A stretch of DNA of 64,000 nucleotides from an uncultured delta proteobacterium (GCA_963711565.1 CAVQEQ010000003.1:317411-381410); one strand, 5' to 3'; shown: positions 9,584-18,663, counted from the first letter of the stretch. Numbers and translations are program-made. The notes: generated from the letters alone by a model not told the origin.

Positions 9584-10252
9584 TTACTTGTTCTGGTCGT
9601 ATTGCTCTTTGATCCACTTGTCGTAATCCTCTTGCGACTGCACCGTCAGGTTGCCCTTCATCCCCGAATGTCCGAAGCCGCACAACTCCGCGCACGGAAT
9701 TTCGTATTGCCCGGTTTCGGTCGCCTCGAACCAGACGTGAATGATGCGTCCCGGGACCGCGTCCTGCTTAAGGCGCATGTTCGGGACGAAAAAACTGTGG
9801 ATGACGTCCTTCGAGGTCAGATCGATCCGCACGACCTTGTTCACCGGCACGTGCAACTCGTTCTCGACCATCAGGTCGTCCTTGGTGCCGAACTTGCCGT
9901 CGGGTCCGGGGTACGTGATTTCCCAATTGAACTGCTTTCCTGTCACCTGGTAGAACACGTCGCCCGGCGGCCCATGCTCCTTGATGTCGGCCCAGGTCGA
10001 GCGGCTCATGATCGCCAGCGTGATCAGGATAACCGTGGTCGCCGTGGTCCAGATGATCTCGAGGCGCGAATTGCCTTCGATATACTCCGCCTTGCGGCCG
10101 GGCCGGGTGCGATAGCGAATCATGAAGGTCACCATCGTGATCATCACGAGAACCCAGACGACCATCACGATCCAGAAGATCAACTCGAACAGAAAGTCGA
10201 TCTGGGGGCCGAAGGTCGAGATGTCGTGCGGAAAATACAGATGCTCGAGCAT
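9584..10252 (-). CDS. coxB: cytochrome c oxidase subunit II (no fused cytochrome c domain)
   Basis: CuA site CAELCGFGHSGM and two N-terminal TM helices. Confidence 0.95.
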   Translation of the reverse strand: MLEHLYFPHDISTFGPQIDFLFELIFWIVMVVWVLVMITMVTFMIRYRTRPGRKAEYIEGNSRLEIIWTTATTVILITLAIMSRSTWADIKEHGPPGDVFYQVTGKQFNWEITYPGPDGKFGTKDDLMVENELHVPVNKVVRIDLTSKDVIHSFFVPNMRLKQDAVPGRIIHVWFEATETGQYEIPCAELCGFGHSGMKGNLTVQSQEDYDKWIKEQYDQNK

Positions 10253-10593
10253 CGAAGCGTCACCTCTGCGCTATCAACGGGCAGATGCCGGACCAGCGTT
10301 CGCCGCGCCAAACAAGGCGGCTGATGCAACCTGCCAACACCTTTCGATTCATGAATTTGGTGCGATTATGCCTGTCCGCGCCAGTATTAGTGAAATGAAA
10401 AATCCTGCTTCCCCGCCGCAACCAGCGCTAAATCACCGCCGGTATGACGCTCATATTTCGCCTGCAAATTCAAGCGCTTCGCAGTCGCGGGATCGCAGGG
10501 CCGGCGCCAACGGAAATCGGACGCCGTCGCGCGATTGGCGGCAACAAAGCTTTGGGCTACAACCAGTCGAGGAAGAGGAGGTCTTGGTCCCTT

Positions 10594-12378
10594 ATGCCTG
10601 ATCGCGTGGCGACCCTTTCGCAAAACTTCGAGGCGCAGGCCCAGAAGTACGGTTCGCGCGCGTTCCTGAAGGACAAGCGCGACAAAGTCTGGACCGACCA
10701 TTCGTGGGCCGACGTTGCCGAGGCCGCCGGAAAGCTGCGCGCCGGACTGCTGGGCCTCGGCGTGCGCCCCGGCAATCGCGTCGCCATCCTGTCGGACAAT
10801 TGCCCCGAATGGATCGTCGTCGATCAGGCTGTGCTCGGGCTCGGCGCGATCGTCGTGCCGCTCTACACGACCAGCGGCGTCGAGGAAACTGCGCACGTCA
10901 TCAGCGACTCGGGCGCGAAAGTGATCGCAGCCAACGGGCCCGAGATGGTCAAGAAGATTCTTGGCCTCAGCGCCTCAATTCCCGAGGTCACCGCGATTGT
11001 CGCGATGCACAGTGGCGCGGAATCCACACCCGCCGTCAACGGGACGCCCGCCGTCGTGACGGCGGCGTCGATAAGTGGCGACGCGCCGGCGGCCATCGTC
11101 GAGGGCAGCAGCGACGACCTCGCGACACTCATCTATACGTCGGGGACGACGGGCACGTCGAAGGGCGTGATGCTCTCGCATGGCAACCTGCTGGCCAACG
11201 CCGAGGACTCGCTCGCCGCGCTCGCGCTCAACGATACCGACATGACGCTGTCGCATCTGCCGATCGCGCATTCGTTCGAACGCACGGCGGGCTACTATAC
11301 CGTCGCGATGGCGGGCGGGACGATCGCGTTCGCGGAGAGCCTGGGGCAGATCGCGTCGAACCTGACCGAGGTCGAGCCAACCGTCGTGCTGACGGTGCCG
11401 CGCCTGCTCGAAGTGATACACAGCCGCGTGATGCGCACGGTCGAGACCTCGCCGCCGATGCGGCAGCGGTTGTTCAGGATGGCTCTCACAGCGGGCGAGC
11501 AGGCTGCAGAGTATCGGAATCGCGGGAAACCGGTTCCGCCGATGCTCGCACTCTCGATGGCGTTGTTCAGGCGGCTGGTTTTCGCGCGAGTGCGCGCTAT
11601 CTTCGGCAGTCGAATCCGTTACCTGATTTCCGGCGGCGCGCCACTGCCGACTGAGATCAACCGGTTCCTCTCGGCCGCCGAAGTTCCAATCGTCGAAGGG
11701 TACGGCCTGACCGAAGCGGCTCCCGTCGTCGCGGTTAATCTGCATAACGGCAGGACCCGAATCGGCACGGTGGGACTGCCGCTGAAGCGCATCCAGGTCG
11801 AAACCGCGCCGGACGGCGAGTTGCTGCTGCGCGGGCCAAATATAATGAAGGGCTACTACAAGCTCGAAGCGGAGACGAAGGAAGCGATCGACGAAAACGG
11901 ATGGCTCCATACCGGCGACATCGCGAAGATCAACGTCGAGGGCTACATCTCGATCACCGATCGCAAAAAAGAAATCATCGTGCTGTCGGGCGGCAAGAAC
12001 GTCTCGCCCGCCTACGTCGAAGGCAAGCTCACGGCAGACAAGTTCATCAGCCAGGCCTGCGTGATCGGCGACCGCCGTAAGCATCTCGCGGCGCTGGTCG
12101 TCCCGGACTACGAAAATCTCGTCGACTTTCTGAAAGAGAAGAACCTCGATCCGAAGAACGCGGACGCGCTCACAAAATCAAAAGAGTTGAAGACGTTCGT
12201 GCAAGGGCGAATTCGCGAAATCAACAAGCAGCTCTCGGACGTCGAAGCGGTCGCCGCATTCACGATCGTCCCGCCGCTAACGCAGGAAAATGGAGAGCTG
12301 ACGCCGTCGCTCAAGGTGCGCCGCAAGATAGTGCAGGCGCATTTCAAGGATCAGATCGATTCGATGTACGGGGATTGA
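10594..12378 (+). CDS. long-chain fatty acid-CoA ligase (AMP-dependent synthetase)
   Basis: AMP-binding signature IYTSGTTGTSKG. ATG at 10594 is preceded by a GGAAGAGGAGG RBS. The ORF extension upstream is unlikely to be coding. Confidence 0.85.
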   Translation: MPDRVATLSQNFEAQAQKYGSRAFLKDKRDKVWTDHSWADVAEAAGKLRAGLLGLGVRPGNRVAILSDNCPEWIVVDQAVLGLGAIVVPLYTTSGVEETAHVISDSGAKVIAANGPEMVKKILGLSASIPEVTAIVAMHSGAESTPAVNGTPAVVTAASISGDAPAAIVEGSSDDLATLIYTSGTTGTSKGVMLSHGNLLANAEDSLAALALNDTDMTLSHLPIAHSFERTAGYYTVAMAGGTIAFAESLGQIASNLTEVEPTVVLTVPRLLEVIHSRVMRTVETSPPMRQRLFRMALTAGEQAAEYRNRGKPVPPMLALSMALFRRLVFARVRAIFGSRIRYLISGGAPLPTEINRFLSAAEVPIVEGYGLTEAAPVVAVNLHNGRTRIGTVGLPLKRIQVETAPDGELLLRGPNIMKGYYKLEAETKEAIDENGWLHTGDIAKINVEGYISITDRKKEIIVLSGGKNVSPAYVEGKLTADKFISQACVIGDRRKHLAALVVPDYENLVDFLKEKNLDPKNADALTKSKELKTFVQGRIREINKQLSDVEAVAAFTIVPPLTQENGELTPSLKVRRKIVQAHFKDQIDSMYGD

Positions 12379-12380
12379 AT

Positions 12381-12468
12381 GCGGGGCTACGCGCCCCGCG
12401 CCCGCGGCAGGGGTGACCCCTGCACCCAATGTGAAGAGCAAAGTCGCGCGCAGCGCGCTACTTTGCTC
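12381..12468 (+). repeat. REP-like element, family B (GCGGGGCT...GGCAGGGGTGACCCCTGCACCC...GCAAAGT...ACTTTGCTC)
   Basis: Begins 3 nt after the fadD stop. An inverted near-copy lies at 13399-13489 and a partial copy at 19858-19912. Confidence 0.55.
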
Positions 12469-12504
12469 CCAGGGGCGGTGGCCGGATGGTGTGCCTGACA
12501 GATC

Positions 12505-13257
12505 TCAGCGCGCGTTCTTCGCCAACCAAGCGCTTGAGCGCTTGAAGTACGCGCGGACATTCGTGGATAGATAGCGCGTCCAATCCGGCCTGCTCTCGCT
12601 GCGCTCAGCCGCGAACTTCGCCAGTGCGTATCCATAGATCTCCTGCGACAAGTAGCCGAGGCGCCGCATCGACCAACTATGCCATCCGCCACCAAGATCG
12701 TAGTGGTTGAATCGCGCCGCCGAGTTCGCACTGAATATGCCCAGTCCGAGAAATACCGTCAGCAGATCGGTCATCGGTTCATGGTCGGGCGCGCTGCGAT
12801 CGATGTGCCCATCGCCGAGAAGAATCAAATGGCCGAGTTCGTGCGCGACCGTCGCCACCAACACGATCGGATCCTTGAGCACCGAGCTCTTGAGAGCGAT
12901 AACCACTCTGCCGTCTTCTTCAATCACTGATTCATGCCCGAAGTAGATACCTGCGGGCCGATTGGTTTGTATACTCCAAAGCGAATTCTCGCGGAGTTCC
13001 TCTGCCTCGTCCGGAAAGATTTCCAGCTTGATGCGAGTCCGATCGATCTGCCTGTATCCGCAGATTCGATCAACCAGCGCTTCCAATGAGGCTTTACTTC
13101 TGTCGAACGCGTCGGGGAAATGCTCGGCGTCGGGCAGGACGACTCTTGCTTCGAGCAGGCGCTTACGACCGAGCATCGCTTCCAGGCGGACGAAGCCCTC
13201 GTCGACCCACAAACGCTCTTCCTGGTTAACAGGAAGTTTCGGAGAGAAGCCCAGCAT
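12505..13257 (-). CDS. hypothetical HExxH-motif protein (putative zinc metallopeptidase-like)
   Basis: 250-aa ORF carrying HELGHLIL. Bracketed by inverted family-B repeats. Confidence 0.55.
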   Translation of the reverse strand: MLGFSPKLPVNQEERLWVDEGFVRLEAMLGRKRLLEARVVLPDAEHFPDAFDRSKASLEALVDRICGYRQIDRTRIKLEIFPDEAEELRENSLWSIQTNRPAGIYFGHESVIEEDGRVVIALKSSVLKDPIVLVATVAHELGHLILLGDGHIDRSAPDHEPMTDLLTVFLGLGIFSANSAARFNHYDLGGGWHSWSMRRLGYLSQEIYGYALAKFAAERSESRPDWTRYLSTNVRAYFKRSSAWLAKNAR

Positions 13258-13335
13258 TGGTAACCGGACAGACTACCGATTCCGGTTACCTACTGCGACT
13301 CGTTCTCTGTCGCCGGCATCCTGCTCGATTCGAGG

Positions 13336-13376
13336 AACCTAACCCCTAACCCCTTCCCGAGCGGGAAGGGGAACCC
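13336..13376. repeat. REP-like hairpin, family A variant (GGAACCTAACCCCTAACCCC-TTCCCGAGCGGGAAGGGG)
   Basis: Shares the 5' module with the copy at 32110-32147. Confidence 0.5.
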
Positions 13377-13398
13377 GATTTTATGATTTATGTGACCG

Positions 13399-13489
13399 AG
13401 AGCAAAGTAGTGCGCTTCGCGCAACTTTGCGATTTGATACCGGGTGCAGGGGTCACCCCTGCCGAGGGTGCGGGGCGAGGAGCCCCGCG
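13399..13489 (-). repeat. REP-like element, family B, inverted copy
   Basis: Its reverse complement aligns closely with 12381-12468. It abuts the greA stop codon. Confidence 0.55.
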
Positions 13490-13491
13490 TT

Positions 13492-13986
13492 TCATTTGGT
13501 GCCGTTCTCGGCGGCCATCAGTACGTGAATCGTCGTCAGCTTCTTGACCATGTAGGCGCGCTTGCCCTTGGGCGTGACGACTTCGATATCGTCCTCCGCT
13601 GCCTTGCCGATTAGCGCGCGGCCCAGCGGCGACGACAGCGAGATGCGGTTCTGCGCGCCGTCGACTTCCTCCGGCACGACGATTTCGAACTCCGCGATAC
13701 CGCCCTCGTCGAGATCCTCGAGCTTGACGCGGCTGCCGAGGCCGACGGTGTCGCGCGGGATCGTCTCGAGATCGATCATCGTGAGCTCCGCGATTCGCGT
13801 CTCGAGGTTGCCGACCCGCGCGCGCAGGAACTCCTGGCGCTGCTTGGCCATCGCGTACTCCGCGTTCTCCGACAGGTCGCCGTGAGCTCGCGCGCGCTCG
13901 AGTTCCTTGGGCAGATCCACGGTGAGTTCGCGCTTGAGCGTCTCGAGGTCTTTCTTGAGCCGCTTGATTACCGGTAATTCAGCCAT
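13492..13986 (-). CDS. greA: transcription elongation factor GreA
   Basis: Canonical GreA N-terminal coiled-coil and C-terminal FKBP-like domain. Confidence 0.95.
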   Translation of the reverse strand: MAELPVIKRLKKDLETLKRELTVDLPKELERARAHGDLSENAEYAMAKQRQEFLRARVGNLETRIAELTMIDLETIPRDTVGLGSRVKLEDLDEGGIAEFEIVVPEEVDGAQNRISLSSPLGRALIGKAAEDDIEVVTPKGKRAYMVKKLTTIHVLMAAENGTK

Positions 13987-14046
13987 CGATAGATTCTTCC
14001 TGGAGCAGTCGTCTTTATTCTATACGATTCACAGCGTGAGCGAGCG

Positions 14047-14280
14047 TCAATCGGCGACGATCAACGTCAGGCTCCGATTCACTCCTGTCACGCTCTGAAT
14101 CTTGTGCACGATCAGCTCGCCGAGCGAGGTCACATCCGCGGCCTCGCAAATCGCGATGATGTCGTGCGGACCCGTGACCGCATGCGCCACGGAAACACCG
14201 CTCACCCCGCGAATCTTGGCCGCGACCTCGCGCGCCTTTCCCGGTGACGTGTCGATAAGAATGAATGCCTTTACGGCCAT
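14047..14280 (-). CDS. stand-alone Lrp/AsnC-type RAM (ligand-binding) domain protein
   Basis: About 77 aa matching the AsnC C-terminal domain. Start at MAVKAFILID. Confidence 0.6.
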   Translation of the reverse strand: MAVKAFILIDTSPGKAREVAAKIRGVSGVSVAHAVTGPHDIIAICEAADVTSLGELIVHKIQSVTGVNRSLTLIVAD

Positions 14281-14320
14281 ACTCGTTTCCTCCCGCGCGC
14301 GCCGGTAATCCGGCACGCAG

Positions 14321-15202
14321 TTAGCGCGGTGGCGGAATCAAAGTTCCCTTCTCATCATATACATAAAATCCGCGGCCGGACTTGCGGCCGAGGTAGCCGG
14401 CATCGACGTACTTCTTCAGCAGCGGGCACGGACGGTACTTGTCGTCGCCGAGCACGCGATGCATCACCTCCATGATCGCGAGGCAGGTGTCGAGCCCGAT
14501 CAGGTCCGCCAGCTCGAGCGGGCCCATCGGCTGGTTGGTGCCGAGCTTCATCGCGGTGTCGATATCGGTCACGCCGCCGACGCCTTCGTACATCGTGTAA
14601 ATCGCTTCGTTGATCATCGGCAGCAGCACGCGATTGACGATGAATCCCGGGAAATCCTGCGCCGTCATCGTAGTCTTGCCGAGCTGCTCGGCCAGCGTGC
14701 GCGTCTGCTGAAAAGTCGCTTCCGAGGTCGCCAGCCCGCGAATGATCTCGACCAGCTTCATCGCCGGCACGGGGTTCATGAAATGCATCCCGATGACGCG
14801 GTCGGCGCGCGAAGTCTTCGCGCCCATTTTGGTGATCGAAATCGACGACGTGTTCGAGGCGAAAATTGTCTCCTGCGGGCAGACCTTGTCGAGCTTCTGC
14901 AGCAGCGCAATCTTGGCGTCCTCGTTTTCGGTCACCGCCTCAATCACGAAGCCGACCTTGGCCAAGTCCTCGAGATTGGTGGTGGTCTCGACCCGGCGCA
15001 TCACGCGATCGCGCTCCTCGGGCTTGAAGCGCCCGCGCTCGATCATCCGGTCCAGGTTGCGCGCGATCGAATCGACCCCGCGCTTGCACATGTCCGGCGC
15101 GATATCGTGCATCACGACCGCGATCTCCGCCTGCGCCGCGACCTGCGCGATTCCCGCACCCATCTGCCCTGCCCCGATAACGCCAATCTGCTGCAAACTC
15201 AT
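14321..15202 (-). CDS. hbd: 3-hydroxybutyryl-CoA / 3-hydroxyacyl-CoA dehydrogenase
   Basis: NAD-binding GVIGAGQMG motif and HFMNPVP. Confidence 0.9.
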   Translation of the reverse strand: MSLQQIGVIGAGQMGAGIAQVAAQAEIAVVMHDIAPDMCKRGVDSIARNLDRMIERGRFKPEERDRVMRRVETTTNLEDLAKVGFVIEAVTENEDAKIALLQKLDKVCPQETIFASNTSSISITKMGAKTSRADRVIGMHFMNPVPAMKLVEIIRGLATSEATFQQTRTLAEQLGKTTMTAQDFPGFIVNRVLLPMINEAIYTMYEGVGGVTDIDTAMKLGTNQPMGPLELADLIGLDTCLAIMEVMHRVLGDDKYRPCPLLKKYVDAGYLGRKSGRGFYVYDEKGTLIPPPR

Positions 15203-15232
15203 TCCTATCTCCGAAAACCGGCCCGCCCCGAA

Positions 15233-15511
15233 CTAGAGGTACGGGATATAATTCTTGAGCGAGCTAAGCAACGCCGCAACGTCGGCCTCGTCGCCAAGGT
15301 CGCGGCACAGGATTTCATAGTAGCCCTTGATACGGCCGCGCTCCTGCTTCTCGGGCTGCTCGGCCAGCATCGCCTGGAAGTCTTTGAGAATCGCCTGCGT
15401 CTCGAGTTTTTTCTTGACCGGAATCGCTTCGTCATCGACCGCAATCAGCAACCGGATGTGATCGATCATCCGGTTCATCACGGCAAAATCGCTGCGATCT
15501 TTTTCCACCAT
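15233..15511 (-). CDS. hypothetical protein
   Basis: 92-aa ORF. No recognisable family. Confidence 0.45.
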   Translation of the reverse strand: MVEKDRSDFAVMNRMIDHIRLLIAVDDEAIPVKKKLETQAILKDFQAMLAEQPEKQERGRIKGYYEILCRDLGDEADVAALLSSLKNYIPYL

Positions 15512-15600
15512 CGAAAAGCCTCAGTGATGCTCCGGCGGCTCCTCGCCGCCGACCCACGTACCCGCGCCGCCGCCAGCGCGCATCGCGGTGCGCACCTTCA

Positions 15601-15882
15601 TTACGTCTTCGGGCGACTGGCGCCCGGCATCCCGAGGTTGCGCATCAAAACGTTGGTCATCTTCGAAGTCAGCCGGTCGCGGATTGTCGGCTCGGCGCCG
15701 ACTTGCGCGTCGAGCACCACGTCAACCTGCTTGCGCGTGAGGCCCTCAGCCACGAAAATGTCGACCAGCCCGGCCAATCCGACTTCGCCGCCCGCACGGT
15801 CCACGATCGCGATTACTTTGGCGCAGGGCGTACAGACGCGACGGATAAGACCGGCGCGCTGGCTGCAATAAACGCATCGCAT
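15601..15882 (-). CDS. hypothetical protein with an N-terminal CxxC...CxxC zinc-ribbon-like motif
   Basis: CVYC...CTPC motif. Confidence 0.4.
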   Translation of the reverse strand: MRCVYCSQRAGLIRRVCTPCAKVIAIVDRAGGEVGLAGLVDIFVAEGLTRKQVDVVLDAQVGAEPTIRDRLTSKMTNVLMRNLGMPGASRPKT

Positions 15883-16025
15883 CAGGAGACCCCAAGCCCT
15901 GAAAACCCCGAAAAAAGCTTGAAGCGGCCGTACGCACGAATAATCGGCGGGCCCGCTTCATTTCCGAGGCTACTACCGGCTTTAGGTGGTCGCAAGTATG
16001 GGAAACCGGGTCTGCTTCGGACCGA

Positions 16026-16463
16026 TCACGCTGCGAGAACCTCAAGATTTCGCGCCGACGCGCCCCGCACCCCCTTCAACGAGATCGCCGAGTCGAAGGT
16101 GGCCAGCCGGCCTTCGTTCATTACTGAAATTGCGAGCAGATAGACATCCGTGATCTGGCGATACCCCTGCACGTGATTCCAGCTAAACCGCTGCTGCTCG
16201 CACACGCTCACCGAGTCGGGCCAGAAGACGTGAAGACGGTCCGAGCAGAATATCCGCAGACGCGCGGCTGCATCCTCAACGGTGGTGTGGCTGCCAGGAT
16301 AGGACGGGTTCGACAAAATGCGCACGAGCGCGTTCTCAGTGAGCGGACAAGTCGCCCATCTTTGGTTTCGATTGTGCTCAAACCATGCGTGCGCGGCTTC
16401 GTGATACAGATGCGCGGGATCGAACAACGCCACCAGCACGTTAACGTCCAGCAGGGCGATCAC
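16026..16463 (-). CDS. vapC: type II toxin-antitoxin toxin, VapC family (PIN domain)
   Basis: PIN-domain acidic residues (LDVNVL...D). Confidence 0.85.
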   Translation of the reverse strand: MIALLDVNVLVALFDPAHLYHEAAHAWFEHNRNQRWATCPLTENALVRILSNPSYPGSHTTVEDAAARLRIFCSDRLHVFWPDSVSVCEQQRFSWNHVQGYRQITDVYLLAISVMNEGRLATFDSAISLKGVRGASARNLEVLAA

Positions 16464-16478
16464 CGGCGGTTCAATGCC

Positions 16479-16724
16479 TCAAGCCTCGTCCCGCAACCGA
16501 TTTACGATGTCCGGCGTGACCAGCTTTGCATTCCGATTCTTCGGCAGGATCGGCACGCCGTTACGATTGCGGCCGCCGTGGTCCCGCGGCGCCAACGCGC
16601 TACGCGCAAGATCGGAGAGGACACGACCCGCGGTAGTCCTCCGCTTGGCGGCCAGTTCCTTCGCGCTCTCGAGCACGTCCTTGTCGATGTCTAAAGTGGT
16701 TCGCACAAAAGGATCATCACGCAT
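16479..16724 (-). CDS. vapB: type II antitoxin (VapB-like) paired with the PIN toxin
   Basis: Small gene immediately upstream of vapC. Confidence 0.6.
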   Translation of the reverse strand: MRDDPFVRTTLDIDKDVLESAKELAAKRRTTAGRVLSDLARSALAPRDHGGRNRNGVPILPKNRNAKLVTPDIVNRLRDEA

Positions 16725-16775
16725 CAATCATCAGATGTCAACCGGGTCTCGAAGACGAGCCGACGGTATCGTGCG

Positions 16776-16840
16776 TTTGACATCGCAAACTGGCGCGACT
16801 AGTATCGCAATTGAGAATCATTCTCATAATTGATTATTAA
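16776..16840 (+). promoter_or_regulatory. sigma70-like promoter (TTGACA-18-TAGTAT) with an overlapping Fur-box-like palindrome upstream of the FTR1 permease
   Basis: TTGACA at 16776-16781 and TAGTAT at 16800-16805. GAGAATCATTCTC plus ATAATTGATTAT at 16811-16840 resembles the Fur box GATAATGATAATCATTATC. Confidence 0.45.
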
Positions 16841-16858
16841 CCAGTCGTTCACCGCATC

Positions 16859-17704
16859 ATGACTCAAACCGCCCTCGCCTACTTCTTCTATTCGCTCGGC
16901 ATCCTCTTTCGCGAAGGCATGGAAGCGATGCTGGTCGTCGTCGCACTCGCGGCCGGCACGCGCGGCGCGGGACGAATCGGCCGCGCGCGCGACGTTTATG
17001 CGGGCGCAGCCGCCGCGATCGTCGCGAGCATCATGCTCGCGTGGGCGGTCAATCACCTGATCACCGACGACGCCAGCGACACGCTCGAAGGCGTCTTCCA
17101 ATTGTTCGCCGCCGCGACGCTCTTCTACGTCAGCTCGTGGATGACGTTGAAGGGCCAGGCCGACCGCTGGATGAAATTCATCTCGCACAAACTCGAGAAC
17201 GCCGAGCACAGCGCGATCCCCGGTATCGCGCTCGGGCTGACCGCATTTCTCGCCGTGATGCGCGAGGGCGCGGAGACGATCGTGTTCTTCCAGGCGCTCA
17301 CCAATGGCGCGACCGAAACCGTCGAGCGTCACGCGGTTGCGGCCGGCATCGCCGTCGCCGCGATCGCGCTGGCCGCATCGTTCGTCGTCATCAAGCGCGC
17401 CGCCGATCGAATCCCGATGCGATTCTTCTTCCAGGCCACTTCCTTCATGCTCTACGCGCTCGCGATCGTGTTCGTCGGCCAGGGTATCGCGAGTTTACAG
17501 GAAGCGACGGTCGTCCCGACGACCTTCGTGAACTACGCGCCGACGATTCCGATGCTCGGTATTTTCCCGACGATTCAATCGCTCGGCGCACAGGCTGCCT
17601 TGCTGATGCTCGCGGCGGCCTATGTCTTCGTTCCGCGCAATGCTGCCGCGCGGCAGATCAGGGTTGCGGAGCGGGCGGCGATGCGGCGGGCGCGCCAGGC
17701 TTGA
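16859..17704 (+). CDS. FTR1-family high-affinity iron permease (EfeU-like)
   Basis: Two REGxE motifs (FREGMEAM, MREGAETI) and 7 TM helices. Confidence 0.85.
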   Translation: MTQTALAYFFYSLGILFREGMEAMLVVVALAAGTRGAGRIGRARDVYAGAAAAIVASIMLAWAVNHLITDDASDTLEGVFQLFAAATLFYVSSWMTLKGQADRWMKFISHKLENAEHSAIPGIALGLTAFLAVMREGAETIVFFQALTNGATETVERHAVAAGIAVAAIALAASFVVIKRAADRIPMRFFFQATSFMLYALAIVFVGQGIASLQEATVVPTTFVNYAPTIPMLGIFPTIQSLGAQAALLMLAAAYVFVPRNAAARQIRVAERAAMRRARQA

Positions 17705-18143
17705 GCGCGGGCGCCTCGGCCACAGAATCCTCGTCACCGCCGAAGAGCACGCTCTCGACGTCGGAACTCAGCTTCTCGGAAATCACCAGCGCGCGATATC
17801 CCATCCGCATGCATTGATCGACCATCGGATCGCGCGAATCCGCACTCGCGCGGGCATGCTTAAGCGCGACGCGCAAATCCTGCGTCCGATCGAGCAGGAC
17901 GGACAGCCGCGCCTCGACGATCGCGGTTGAATTGCCGCCGCCCGAAAGCGCGAGCGCCAACGATTCGTTATGTTCCGAATCGCCCAGCGCATGAAGCGCA
18001 TTCTTGATTTCGGTGCATGCCGATTCGGCATCGTTATCGGAACCCGGCGATACGTCAACGGCCAGCGTTGGTTGACGCCATGCAAGGAGCACAACCGCAA
18101 TCACGAGTAGCGTCCGGGTAGATACTGAAAAAGAGCCGGCCAC
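17658..18143 (-). CDS. hypothetical secreted protein (signal peptide)
   Basis: N-terminal signal-like helix. The 3' end overlaps the ftr1 3' end by 47 nt, convergently. Confidence 0.35.
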   Translation of the reverse strand: MAGSFSVSTRTLLVIAVVLLAWRQPTLAVDVSPGSDNDAESACTEIKNALHALGDSEHNESLALALSGGGNSTAIVEARLSVLLDRTQDLRVALKHARASADSRDPMVDQCMRMGYRALVISEKLSSDVESVLFGGDEDSVAEAPALKPGAPAASPPAPQP

Positions 18144-18189
18144 GCGGCCGGCTCAGAAGTCGTTCTATGTCCGGGAGCGCGCGATGTCG

Positions 18190-18663
18190 TCAGGCGGCGT
18201 TTTCCTCGCTGGTGTCGTAGCCGAGCGAGCTCAGGAACGCCTCCTTCTGGCCGGACGGCATGATGTAGATTCCGTCCCATCCGCAGACCTCTTCGCAGAG
18301 CAGGCATCCGACGCAGGTCTTTTCGTTGACCTGCACCTTGCCGAGATAGACCGCCGTGTTCTCGGGCGACGGCGAGATGCAATCGAACGGGCAAACGTCC
18401 ACGCACACGCCGCATCCGTTGCAGTTGTCAGGATGCACGACGGCGACCGGGCGCTCGGCGCGCTTGAGCACGTGGGTCATCTCGCCGTGATTGTTCATGA
18501 TTGCGTCGTCGGGGCAAATCACGCCGCACGCGCCGCAATCGATGCACATCGCGGCCTCGATGTAATAGACCTTTTTCGACAGGCCCGAGATGGCGCCGGT
18601 GGGGCAACGCTTTTCGCACGCGCTGCATCCGGTGCAATTCTCGGCGATGATTTCAAATGGCAT
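18190..18663 (-). CDS. 4Fe-4S polyferredoxin (four CxxCxxCxxxCP clusters)
   Basis: CTGCSACEKRCP, CIDCGACGVICP, CNGCGVCVDVCP and CVGCLLCEEVCG. Confidence 0.85.
   Translation of the reverse strand: MPFEIIAENCTGCSACEKRCPTGAISGLSKKVYYIEAAMCIDCGACGVICPDDAIMNNHGEMTHVLKRAERPVAVVHPDNCNGCGVCVDVCPFDCISPSPENTAVYLGKVQVNEKTCVGCLLCEEVCGWDGIYIMPSGQKEAFLSSLGYDTSEENAA

Noticed and set aside
13262-13294. Possible tRNA near the HExxH gene
   Set aside because: It is only a 9-bp stem with a 14-nt loop hairpin (ggtaaccgg...ccggttacc). It has no cloverleaf, no T-loop GTTCRANYC motif and no CCA context.
14459-15871. 470-aa plus-strand ORF
   Set aside because: It is antisense to hbd and the neighbouring small genes and is an Arg-rich shadow ORF. 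The same reasoning applies to 36230-37810, 10975-12084, 6141-6860, 9254-10324, 8297-8995, 62568-63422 and 34624-35724.
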